Virus record (IMG/VR): IMGVR_UViG_3300048575_000267
Span: 1-28,198 of that record
DNA from: a virus
Taxonomy: Duplodnaviria > Caudoviricetes
Strand: one strand, 5' to 3'
DNA: 28,198 nt
The position numbers were made by a program, and so were the translations under genes. The notes under the pieces are model-generated. The model was given only the letters and a program-made list of their open reading frames with translations. It did no database searches and was not told the origin of the DNA. Below, one piece after another: positions 18,293 to 26,187 of the stretch (the first letter of the stretch is position 1; each line of letters begins with the position of its first letter).

Positions 18293-19405
18293 TCATACTA
18301 AGTCTTGGTAGGCTACAAAGAGCCGTTTAAGCAGCGCCTCGCGGTCTACTAGTTCGAGTCTATGAGGCAGGAACGGTTTTATCAATTTGTCACCTCCAAT
18401 CCGCGGCGCAAAGTGAGAGGTTGTCGAAAACACAGCTTTTGATGCATTTTGGTCGGCCTGCAAGACTCCTAAAAGCGCCCGGACTTCGTCGGCCTTTACA
18501 ATATGTTGCTCTTTGTAGGATTTTATTTGTTCCACGAATCTTACTGATCCAAAACCGCGCTTAATCGCGATAACGTCTCGGCCCAGATCCCCGGAGCGCG
18601 GTGTCAAAATCACCTCATCAAATCCAGCTTTTTCGTACGAAGCCGCGATTATTTCCTCCCAGGTACGCGGAGAAAGGTCGTAGATCAGTGAACTATCACG
18701 CTCTATCGCTCTGACAAGTTCCTTATAAAGTGGGTCGATTATCCTGACAATCTGCCCATCGGGATGATTGCCTTCGACCCTTATAATCGCTCCAAACGAG
18801 AAAGGCGGAATAGACTTCATGAGCCCGTCCGCATAGGCACCAGATGTGTTGAATCGAGTGACCCGATTCACGAGTCTGCTTGAATAGAGTGGCGTTCCAT
18901 CGAACGTCCAAACTGACTTCAGATGGTCTAGTCCCCACTCAAATAACTCCCGAATCCAATCCTTGTTTGGCTCATCACCAAGCGAAAAGAACTGAGCATC
19001 GCTAAGAGTCCGCAGAAAACCAATGTTTCTGCCCATTATGAGATAGCGGGTACTATGTTGCCACTTTTCGGTCGTCCTGATCAGAACCTCAAGAACTTCC
19101 GCGTGGTTTGGCCATTCGTCCACGCAATCGATAACAACACTTCCCACCTTTGATCCCAAAATGGACTCGATACCTTGGAGTTGCATGCCTAGCGCACCGA
19201 GCTCAGGTGAAATCCAAAATACCTGACCTGCCAAATGCATAGCCCTGCGAGACGCAAATACTTTCCCTACGACTGTCTTTCCCGTCCCTCCGCCACCTTC
19301 AAGCAAGAAAATTTTCGTCCCTCGAAAAGAAAAGGCGTCGTCAATACGGGCGATAAGGTGAAGGTCATCAGGGTTTGGGTTCTTAAAAAAAATCTTGGGC
19401 GTCAT
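18293..19405 (-). CDS. P-loop NTPase fused to an Mrr-like (type IV) restriction endonuclease domain
   Basis: Walker A LEGGGGTGKT, Walker B VVIDCVDE; C-terminal LSPRTWEEIIA..Y, GDLGRDVIA, EQIKSY, VRALLG, KAVFSTTS.F. Start uncertain (ATG 19405 or TTG 19414). Confidence 0.85.
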   Translation of the reverse strand: MTPKIFFKNPNPDDLHLIARIDDAFSFRGTKIFLLEGGGGTGKTVVGKVFASRRAMHLAGQVFWISPELGALGMQLQGIESILGSKVGSVVIDCVDEWPNHAEVLEVLIRTTEKWQHSTRYLIMGRNIGFLRTLSDAQFFSLGDEPNKDWIRELFEWGLDHLKSVWTFDGTPLYSSRLVNRVTRFNTSGAYADGLMKSIPPFSFGAIIRVEGNHPDGQIVRIIDPLYKELVRAIERDSSLIYDLSPRTWEEIIAASYEKAGFDEVILTPRSGDLGRDVIAIKRGFGSVRFVEQIKSYKEQHIVKADEVRALLGVLQADQNASKAVFSTTSHFAPRIGGDKLIKPFLPHRLELVDREALLKRLFVAYQDLV

Positions 19406-19648
19406 TTGCTGCAAGCCATTGTTTCTAAAACAGCAGGATACAGCAAATTTGGGCCTTCAAAAACTACACGATCTTGAGCACCCAAAAGCCAGATTGGCCG
19501 TTGCAACGACTGCCTCCGATGCCATCTAAACCATATACCCAAACAACTATTTGATCTGCTTTGATTATTGCATTGCTGATCCATCAATCCGAATACAAGA
19601 TATGTGTTTGGAAGGCCGCATAGAGATCATTCATCTTGTCCTATCGAT

Positions 19649-21730
19649 TCACGTAGATCGAATGACCTTCCGGCGCGGCGTTACCGAGCCAGATTCCGTC
19701 GGCGACTTTTCGGTTTCTTGATCTGTAAAGGCCGCACTCTGTTCCTTCCCCCTCACCCGCTCCGCATTGGCAAACAGGTCGTCCGCCCCGCCTTGCTCCG
19801 GCGCGGCATGAGCGAGGATGCGCACGGCCCATTTTGCCGGGGTGTAGCGGTCGAGGCCGAGGATGTAGGCCATGGCGCGGTTGCCGCACCAGATGTCGAG
19901 CTGCTCGTTGGCCTGCCCCGGCCGGCGCTGCCATTCCTGCCGGGTGAAGCCGTCGCGGGTCTCGACGGTTTTCAGATACTCGGCGGTGATCTGCTGGAAA
20001 AACGCTTCGTCGCAATCCATCGGAAAGCGGATGCAGCCGGCCGGCCACAGGCCCGTCGTCTTGTCGGGCCCATCGATCGTCTTTTGCAGTGCCGCGTACA
20101 ACGCGCTCTTCAGCGGATGGCCGCCGATCGGCCACAGGATCGCACCGGCCCGCACCGTGCGGCCGCGCCAATTGACGTCGACCTTCTTCGGCGTTCCCAC
20201 CAGCGGATGCGTCGCGCCCTTGCGCCCGTCGGTAGCGTAAAGGTTCGGCCGCCGCCGCACGAAATTGTAGACGGCGTGACTGGCGTAACCGGAGTCGACG
20301 CCGAAGGCTTCGATCGGCCACGACCGGCCCCAGTCGTCCGGATAAAGCCGCGTCGTCACTTCGGCGAGCTTCGCCCATACCTCCTCGTCGTACGGATCGC
20401 CGAGGAGCACATCCTTCTCAATCATCCACGCGGTCAGCGACAGACCCCAGCCGTACACCGCGTATTCGATGCGCGGCGGCTGGCGCTGCACGTCAGCCCA
20501 GCCGGTGATCGCCAGAACGCCCTCCGGGATCTTGCCGCTGTCGCGCTCTTCGCGACGGGCGAACAGTTTCAGATGATCCGGCGCCTCGCCCGCTTCCTCG
20601 AAAGCCTCGCCGAGCACCTGCTGGGTGAAGGTTTTCAGCTTCGCCGTCGAATCCTTCGCCGCCAACCATTCAGCGACGATGCCGTTCCAATCCGCGAACG
20701 GGCTCTGGCCGCGCCACAGATGAAAGCCCGGCTGCCGGCCTTGGCTCGGCCGGGCGCGGAACGCCGCGACCTGATCGGCTTCGACCACATCGCCGGGAAC
20801 GACGTCGGTGTCGTCGGCAGCCGGGAAGGTCTTCAGCCAAACGCCCTTGGCCAACATGTCGCGTTTTTGCCAATGCTCGATCTGGCAACCGCAACAGGGC
20901 GCGATGATGTGGGCGCCGTGCGGCGGCTTATCGCTGTCCCATTTGAGGTGTTCGAAGCGGAACACAAAGAAGGTGCCGCAATGCGGACACGGCCAATAAT
21001 AGCGGCGCTGATCCGACGCCTCGTACAGCGCGGTGATGCGGCAGGTGCCCTTGTTCTTCGGCGTCGAGGTCCACAAGGCTTTGGCGCCGAGCAGCGCGAA
21101 GGTCGAGGCGCGCTGGCGCATCTGGTCGATCGGATCGCCGCGATTGCCGACGTCGTGCGGATATTCGCTGATCTCGTCGCCCCAGATCTTCTTGACCGTG
21201 ATACCTTGCAGACCTTTCGACGATCCGGTGTGGGTGATCTGGACGAAGCCGCCGCGGAACCGCTTGAAACTTGCCGTCGACCCTGTTTCGTCGCGGCTCT
21301 TGGCCTCCTTCACCTTGAAACGGAGCGCCGGCGTAGCGTCGATCGCCGGCTGCAGCTTCAGTTTCACGAACTTGTGCGCTTCGTCGATCGACGGCAGCGC
21401 GATCAGCATTCCCGACGGATCGACGTCGATGGTGTGGCCGACGAAATTGACTCCAACCTCGCTCTTGATGACCTGAGCGGAGCACATCATCACCACGTCC
21501 GAGCAGGGATAGCTCGGCGACAGGCACTCCATCGGCTCGACGCCGAACGGTGTCAGCGCATTGCGCCACTTGCCCGGATAGGGCGAGCCCGATTCCGCCG
21601 GAACGACGCGCTCCTGGTCCGCCCACATCGCCACGGTCATCGCCGGCGGCACGGCCAGCGCGGCCGCCAGCGCCGCAGCGATCATCAGGCGAGCGCTGGC
21701 GATACCGGGGAAGCGTTCAGACGGCTTCAT
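19649..21730 (-). CDS. terL: Terminase large subunit (lambda gpA family)
   Basis: PGKWRN..TPF..EPM, SAQVIKSE (Walker A position), WGDEIS.Y, SDQRRYYWPCPHCG, ADVQ, VDSGY, NEQLD. Confidence 0.95.
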   Translation of the reverse strand: MKPSERFPGIASARLMIAAALAAALAVPPAMTVAMWADQERVVPAESGSPYPGKWRNALTPFGVEPMECLSPSYPCSDVVMMCSAQVIKSEVGVNFVGHTIDVDPSGMLIALPSIDEAHKFVKLKLQPAIDATPALRFKVKEAKSRDETGSTASFKRFRGGFVQITHTGSSKGLQGITVKKIWGDEISEYPHDVGNRGDPIDQMRQRASTFALLGAKALWTSTPKNKGTCRITALYEASDQRRYYWPCPHCGTFFVFRFEHLKWDSDKPPHGAHIIAPCCGCQIEHWQKRDMLAKGVWLKTFPAADDTDVVPGDVVEADQVAAFRARPSQGRQPGFHLWRGQSPFADWNGIVAEWLAAKDSTAKLKTFTQQVLGEAFEEAGEAPDHLKLFARREERDSGKIPEGVLAITGWADVQRQPPRIEYAVYGWGLSLTAWMIEKDVLLGDPYDEEVWAKLAEVTTRLYPDDWGRSWPIEAFGVDSGYASHAVYNFVRRRPNLYATDGRKGATHPLVGTPKKVDVNWRGRTVRAGAILWPIGGHPLKSALYAALQKTIDGPDKTTGLWPAGCIRFPMDCDEAFFQQITAEYLKTVETRDGFTRQEWQRRPGQANEQLDIWCGNRAMAYILGLDRYTPAKWAVRILAHAAPEQGGADDLFANAERVRGKEQSAAFTDQETEKSPTESGSVTPRRKVIRST

Positions 21731-22313
21731 CGGACTGCCTTTGATCGATCGTCTTCGGTTCGGGCACCAGTTTCGCCGCGGCGGCGAATTTGGCTTGAAC
21801 TTCGGTCATGACCTTGCGGTGCTCCTCTTCGAGGACGGCCTTGATCTGGCGCGGATCGCTTTCGGCAGCCAGGCGCTCGCACAGGATCGGATCGGCAGCG
21901 GTGAAACGCTCCCGCAGGTAGTTGCCGGCTTCCGAAATGGCGTCGACGATCTCGCCGGGATCGACCACCTGGTTGAGGCGTTCGGCGAGATCGAGATCGG
22001 CCTGGATGGCCTTGGTCTCGTCCAGCCGCGATTTCGCATGCGTGCGTCCGGCGCCGGTCTCGGCCGGCTTCGGCTGCGTCGCATGCCGCTGCTCGACCTT
22101 GCGGACGGCGTCGGCGACGTTCGGGTTGTCGGCGCGATGGGCGCGCAGTTGCGCAAGATCGACCTTGCCGTCGTCGCCGAGCAGCTCCGGATACTGGTCC
22201 AGATAGCGCTTCAGCGAAGAACGGTTGATGCCGAGTTCCTGCGCGGCGGTGTAGGGCGTGCGCCGCCCCGAAGCGTTGCAGCGCGCCTCCTCGTCCGGTG
22301 CAACTAGTTGCAT
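21717..22313 (-). CDS. terS: Putative terminase small subunit
   Basis: N-terminal HTH (AAQELGINRSSLKRY..DGKVD) followed by a coiled coil; lies between cos and terL and overlaps the terL start. Confidence 0.75.
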   Translation of the reverse strand: MQLVAPDEEARCNASGRRTPYTAAQELGINRSSLKRYLDQYPELLGDDGKVDLAQLRAHRADNPNVADAVRKVEQRHATQPKPAETGAGRTHAKSRLDETKAIQADLDLAERLNQVVDPGEIVDAISEAGNYLRERFTAADPILCERLAAESDPRQIKAVLEEEHRKVMTEVQAKFAAAAKLVPEPKTIDQRQSDEAV

Positions 22314-22341
22314 CGCTTACGAATCCCTTCACTGCAAACCC

Positions 22342-22387
22342 CAAACGCGCCGCCTGCCCGTATGGGTTTTCGGGGCGGGAAGGACCC
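22342..22387 (-). other. Lambda-like cos site (cosQ plus cosN)
   Basis: GGGTCCT (22381-87, same as lambda cosQ), 17 bp, then ATACG-GGCAGGCGGCGC-GTTTG, resembling lambda cosN TTACG-GGGCGGCGACCT-CGCGG; immediately upstream of terS. Confidence 0.75.
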
Positions 22388-22460
22388 GCGGGCTTGGCGA
22401 GACGGCAGCGAGCTGACAGGCGGCGCCCGCCACGTCGTGGGACAGGGCTGGCCGCAAAGC

Positions 22461-22499
22461 AAAACGCCCGGCGGGCCTTTTGAGCCTCCGGGCGCTTTT
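22461..22499. terminator. Bidirectional-type intrinsic terminator upstream of cos
   Basis: AAAA-CGCCCGG...CCGGGCG-CTTTT inverted repeat with T tracts on both strands. Confidence 0.6.
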
Positions 22500-22631
22500 C
22501 AACATCCAGGTGCACGGTCAAGGTTTCGGGGGAATTCGTCAAGGCCGTCCGCGGGCGCCGCGTGGCGCGCACTGGCGTAGTGGCATGCGCCCCATAGCCT
22601 TTTGACGGTCGAATTTTTCTGCGGGCTAGGC

Positions 22632-22675
22632 AAAAGAAAGGCCCGGCAGAGCCGCTAGGGCGCACCGCCGGGCCA
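22632..22675 (-). terminator. Intrinsic terminator ending the accessory cassette
   Basis: GGCCCGGCGG...CTGCCGGGCC followed by TTTCTTTTT, 15 bp after the stop at 22691. Confidence 0.8.
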
Positions 22676-22690
22676 AATCAGGCGCGGACG

Positions 22691-23404
22691 TCAGACGGCA
22701 AATACCGCCTCGCCTGCCCCTTCATTGAAAGCCGCACCGCAGTGATGAACGAACCACGCGCCCGCATCGCGCAGCGCGGCACGGTCCTGCCGTGCCCGCC
22801 GTACTTCCCCGCCGATAGCATCAAACCGCACCCGCAAGGTTTGGCAAATGGCAGGCGGGAAGGCTTGCCGCGCCGCTTTGATTTCCCGGATCAAGGCAAG
22901 CGCCTCACGCCGCCTCTCGCCAATGAGTTCGCCCAACGCCGCATAGCGCGCGCCGCTCTGCCACGCTTCGTCATAGTCGCGGGCGTGTTCCGCGGCGATC
23001 CGCGCGAATTCATCCGCCGCATGAGCCGCGTCTTGTGCATCGCCAAACAAACCACCCCGAACGTCAACGCGGTAACCGTCGTTCCATGGCTCACGATAGG
23101 CCGCTATAAAGACGGGGCGCCGCTTTCGCGCGGGAAACTGCAGCACGGCGCCGCGAAAGGTATCGTGCTGACTGGTATCGCAATACCATCCCGTGTGATT
23201 GATCCGGATATACGCATCGGCATAGCCGGCCAAACGTAACCCGGCGTCGTCCAGGCTATCGACAAAGCGGGCGCCCTCATTGTCCGGTTGGTTCCACCCG
23301 CCGGATAGATGCGCCACGCGATAGGCATGAGCACTACGGCAAGCATAGGCCGCGCGACGCGCCGCGCGGTGTTCGAGGCGAGATTTCAATTCGCTGATGT
23401 TCAT
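22691..23404 (-). CDS. Hypothetical phage protein (237 aa)
   Basis: GAAAGGG RBS before ATG 23404; INHTGWYCD...TFRGAV.Q.P motif; helical C-terminus; followed by a terminator. Confidence 0.75.
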   Translation of the reverse strand: MNISELKSRLEHRAARRAAYACRSAHAYRVAHLSGGWNQPDNEGARFVDSLDDAGLRLAGYADAYIRINHTGWYCDTSQHDTFRGAVLQFPARKRRPVFIAAYREPWNDGYRVDVRGGLFGDAQDAAHAADEFARIAAEHARDYDEAWQSGARYAALGELIGERRREALALIREIKAARQAFPPAICQTLRVRFDAIGGEVRRARQDRAALRDAGAWFVHHCGAAFNEGAGEAVFAV

Positions 23405-23462
23405 GGATCGGCCCTTTCGCCAATTTTGTCCGGCCCAATGCCAGACGCATTCGTTGTGCTGA

Positions 23463-24263
23463 TTAGTTCGCCACGCGCCCCACTGCATAGTCACGGAACA
23501 GGTCGAGGGTATACGCGCACCGATAGGTCGGCTCGACATAGTCCGGATTATCGCGTTTCAAATCGGCGGCGCGCTCCGCCCGCAACTCGACCACTTTGCG
23601 CGTGACTTCGGCCCAATCAACCGCCGCGCTCCATTCGTGATAGAGGCCGTCGCCGTCCAGCATCAAATCGGCAATCTCGTTATGCCAATCTTGCGAAAAG
23701 CCGCCGCAGCTGGACCATACGGCACAGAGAAGCGTGCACAACTCGTTATGGTCCCAGTCCTTCAGCGGCTTTGATAGCCAGCTTTTCAAATCATTCGAAT
23801 AGTAAGAGTGAAAGCCGCTATAGGACGTATGCCGTTCTTTGATCATCTTTGCCAAATGCCGGTGACCATCGGCGCGGCTCATGCGGAACAGTCTGCAAAT
23901 TGCCGCGTATTGGATACGGACGAATAGCCTATCCGTTTCGAAGTTATAGTAATGCGGGCTGACCACTTCCTCGAACACGCAACCGAGCTTAAAGCCGATT
24001 TGCTCGCTGACGATTTGGTCGAAGGCGTCGACATAGCAACGTGCAATAGCCAGATAGGCGCTTCTGTAATCCGTCGCATGCATGAGGATTTCCCCGTATT
24101 CCTCACCTGACAGACGCAATTCACTTGGAATGCCTTCCTCGCTCTGTCGTTCGGTTTCGAAATACTCGATTTCCTGTTGTTCTTCCCGGTCGACTTCCTC
24201 GCTCCAAAGGCTTTCATAAAAGCCATGAAAGGGAATGTTGACGCTCACTGTTCGTTTGGACAT
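23463..24263 (-). CDS. Acidic, aromatic-rich hypothetical phage protein (266 aa)
   Basis: GAGGGGG RBS before ATG 24263; IPFHGFYES, SPHYYNFETDRLF, TSYSGFHSYYSND, WDHNEL; very Glu/Asp-rich N-terminus. Confidence 0.8.
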   Translation of the reverse strand: MSKRTVSVNIPFHGFYESLWSEEVDREEQQEIEYFETERQSEEGIPSELRLSGEEYGEILMHATDYRSAYLAIARCYVDAFDQIVSEQIGFKLGCVFEEVVSPHYYNFETDRLFVRIQYAAICRLFRMSRADGHRHLAKMIKERHTSYSGFHSYYSNDLKSWLSKPLKDWDHNELCTLLCAVWSSCGGFSQDWHNEIADLMLDGDGLYHEWSAAVDWAEVTRKVVELRAERAADLKRDNPDYVEPTYRCAYTLDLFRDYAVGRVAN

Positions 24264-24273
24264 GGCCGCCCCC

Positions 24274-24651
24274 TCACGCGATACCGTAACCGTCGCCCAA
24301 GGAATTGCGGGGAATGCCGTCCCCGAACAGCCACAAGACATAGCCGCGCGGATCGCCGCCGCTTTCGGCCGTCAAGCCGTACCAAGCGGCAATCATCTTG
24401 GCGTTTTGCGTAAGCCTTTCGTATTCGCGTTCCCGGCGGGGCGTGTTGCCGTAATTGCAGTCGGCAACCGCAATCGCCGATAAGCGGCGTCCGATTTTGG
24501 CCAACAAGGCCGCGTCTACGGCCGCGAAATGGATTGGCTCTTGCGGGCGCCGCAACGCCAGAATTGCCGGTAGCTCATTGTCGTTGGCTCGGCGATCAAT
24601 ATCGTCGGTCCGCAACTTTGCGCGCCACGCGCATTCGTCGTCTCTCTTCAT
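24274..24651 (-). CDS. Hypothetical phage protein with CN...GDPRG motif (125 aa)
   Basis: GAAAGGG RBS; first gene after the promoter at 24697-24732; ADCNYG and GGDPRGYVL. Confidence 0.72.
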   Translation of the reverse strand: MKRDDECAWRAKLRTDDIDRRANDNELPAILALRRPQEPIHFAAVDAALLAKIGRRLSAIAVADCNYGNTPRREREYERLTQNAKMIAAWYGLTAESGGDPRGYVLWLFGDGIPRNSLGDGYGIA

Positions 24652-24696
24652 GGTCCGGCCCTTTCGCCAGTTTCGTCCGGCCTATGCCGGACTCAA

Positions 24697-24732
24697 TGTC
24701 AGAAAAATAAGACATAGACGCCGCGCGTTCAA
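24697..24732 (-). promoter_or_regulatory. Sigma70 promoter with TGTC-N10-GACA operator over the -10 box
   Basis: TTGAAC (24727-32), 17 bp, TATTTT (24704-09); palindrome at 24697-24714. Confidence 0.75.
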
Positions 24733-24785
24733 GCGCGATGCTGCGAAGGCGTGGCCTCTTAGAACGACGACGAATGCGCGAACGC

Positions 24786-24817
24786 AAAACAAAGGCGCCT
24801 GCGTTGCCACAGGCGCC
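24786..24817 (-). terminator. Intrinsic terminator
   Basis: GGCGCCTGTG-GCAA-CGCAGGCGCC (GNRA loop) followed by TTTGTTTT. Confidence 0.85.
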
Positions 24818-24910
24818 ACCACCACATCGGGTCTTGTACCTATCGCGGTTTCTTAGTCCGCAAGTGCTACCGCGGCTTTTTGATTGCGCGGCTTTCCAAA
24901 GCGCGGCTTT

Positions 24911-25735
24911 TCAGATGCTACCGAGATGTTCGCCGCGGCAAACCTCTTCAGCGGTATCGTAGAGGATGGTATGGCCGTCCTCCGGCGCGTGCTCTGTTCC
25001 GGCCCATGACGCTGCGGATTTCCAGTGTCCCCATGTCGGCTCATGAAACCAGAAGCCGCCATTGTCGCCGCCGTGCGTCCAACCGGCCGCGCGGGCAACG
25101 GCCTCAAAGTCCTCGCCGTCTTTTTCGTTCTCCGCATAATCCGTGTCGCCTTCGGCGGCGGCGATGGCGCAGTCGATCCTTTCCAGGAAAGTGCCCCACC
25201 ATTCCTTGTGCGCATCGTCATCGAAGCGTTCGGGGGCAAGATATGCCAGCGCATGCCGCGCTTCGCGCAAATACGCCAACAGGTCCGGTGCGGCAGCAAT
25301 CAGCGCGAGATGGGCTTCCGCCATGCGGCGCGGATAATGCGCCCAATCGCCGTCATCACCGGCCCGTGCCGTCACCACAATGCGGGCGTCGACGCGGGAC
25401 ATCTCTTCGTCCGTCCGCTTTCCCCACGGGCGCGGCGCACCGACGATTTTCATCCCGTCGCACTTCCAACTGCCCGCCTCCGGGATGTAGCGCGCCGTCG
25501 AACCAATGTGCTGATCCGCCCAAAAGCCGGCCGGCGCCCCGTCCGACCACGTGCAGCCGACGATGTCGCGCTCACGCTTGGCACGTTTCAGAAGGCGCGA
25601 GGCCAGTTCCGGCGCTGCGTCTTCGCCAAGCCAGAAATGGATGCAAACCCCGTCGGCGTTCACCAGTTCCGTGTTGTAGGGATAACCAAGGCAAAGCCCT
25701 TCGGCTTTATCTTCGGGAAGTGCGATGCGTTTCAT
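24911..25735 (-). CDS. Hypothetical phage protein (274 aa)
   Basis: GGAGG RBS before ATG 25735; LIAAAPDLL motif common in phage accessory proteins; acidic, Trp-rich C-terminus. Confidence 0.75.
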   Translation of the reverse strand: MKRIALPEDKAEGLCLGYPYNTELVNADGVCIHFWLGEDAAPELASRLLKRAKRERDIVGCTWSDGAPAGFWADQHIGSTARYIPEAGSWKCDGMKIVGAPRPWGKRTDEEMSRVDARIVVTARAGDDGDWAHYPRRMAEAHLALIAAAPDLLAYLREARHALAYLAPERFDDDAHKEWWGTFLERIDCAIAAAEGDTDYAENEKDGEDFEAVARAAGWTHGGDNGGFWFHEPTWGHWKSAASWAGTEHAPEDGHTILYDTAEEVCRGEHLGSI

Positions 25736-25780
25736 TTCAGGCCTCCTAGCCCACGTCGCCCGGCCCAACGCCAGACGGTA

Positions 25781-25816
25781 TGTCAGAAAAGTAGGACACA
25801 GCCGCGAGCGGCTCAA
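25781..25816 (-). promoter_or_regulatory. Sigma70 promoter with TGTC-N10-GACA operator over the -10 box
   Basis: TTGAGC (25811-16), 17 bp, TACTTT (25788-93); palindrome at 25781-25798. Confidence 0.75.
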
Positions 25817-25819
25817 GCC

Positions 25820-26053
25820 CTATTTTTCGAGACGCTCCGCCGCCTTGATCAACTCGGCGGAACGCTTACGGCAAATCGCGGCCAATTCGACGCGGATACC
25901 GGCGGGGATGCTGAACTCGTCGCCCGCCCAACGGTAGATCGTGCGGTCGGCGACTTTCAACGCCCGCGCCGCCTCGCCCTTCCAGGATGGACCCCACAAC
26001 AATTCGCAAACGCCCTCAAATTTTTCGCCACTCAGCGGCTTTTCGTCAGCCAT
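25820..26053 (-). CDS. Small HTH transcriptional regulator (77 aa)
   Basis: GGAGG RBS; HTH AARALKVADRTIYRW....IP; two operator-like boxes in its own upstream region. Confidence 0.85.
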   Translation of the reverse strand: MADEKPLSGEKFEGVCELLWGPSWKGEAARALKVADRTIYRWAGDEFSIPAGIRVELAAICRKRSAELIKAAERLEK

Positions 26054-26067
26054 GCCGGACCTCCAAC

Positions 26068-26119
26068 TGTCAGATTATTCTGCCGTCATGTTTTTATGAC
26101 ATACGCGTGGCGGACGCAA
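26068..26119 (-). promoter_or_regulatory. Sigma70 promoter of the HTH gene with two tandem operator-like boxes
   Basis: TTGCGT (26114-19), 17 bp, TAAAAA (26091-96); boxes TGTCATAAAAACATGACG (26084-101) and CGGCAGAATAATCTGACA (26068-85). Confidence 0.7.
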
Positions 26120-26187
26120 GCGCGGCGTTCCGGACCAAGCGCGGCTTTTCGAGGTCTATCGCAGTTAAGCGCGTGGCCGCAAGCTAA

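Noticed and set aside
19415-19640. Possible degraded upstream ORF containing IVVWVYGLDGIGG (P-loop-like)
   Set aside because: Interrupted by stops, lacks the Walker A lysine, and is too short to support a call.
24668-24702. Hammerhead-like string CUGACAUUGA-GUCC..GGAC-GAAAC on the minus strand
   Set aside because: The core has three extra nucleotides relative to CUGANGA, stems I and III cannot be formed, and CUGACA is explained as the operator half-site.
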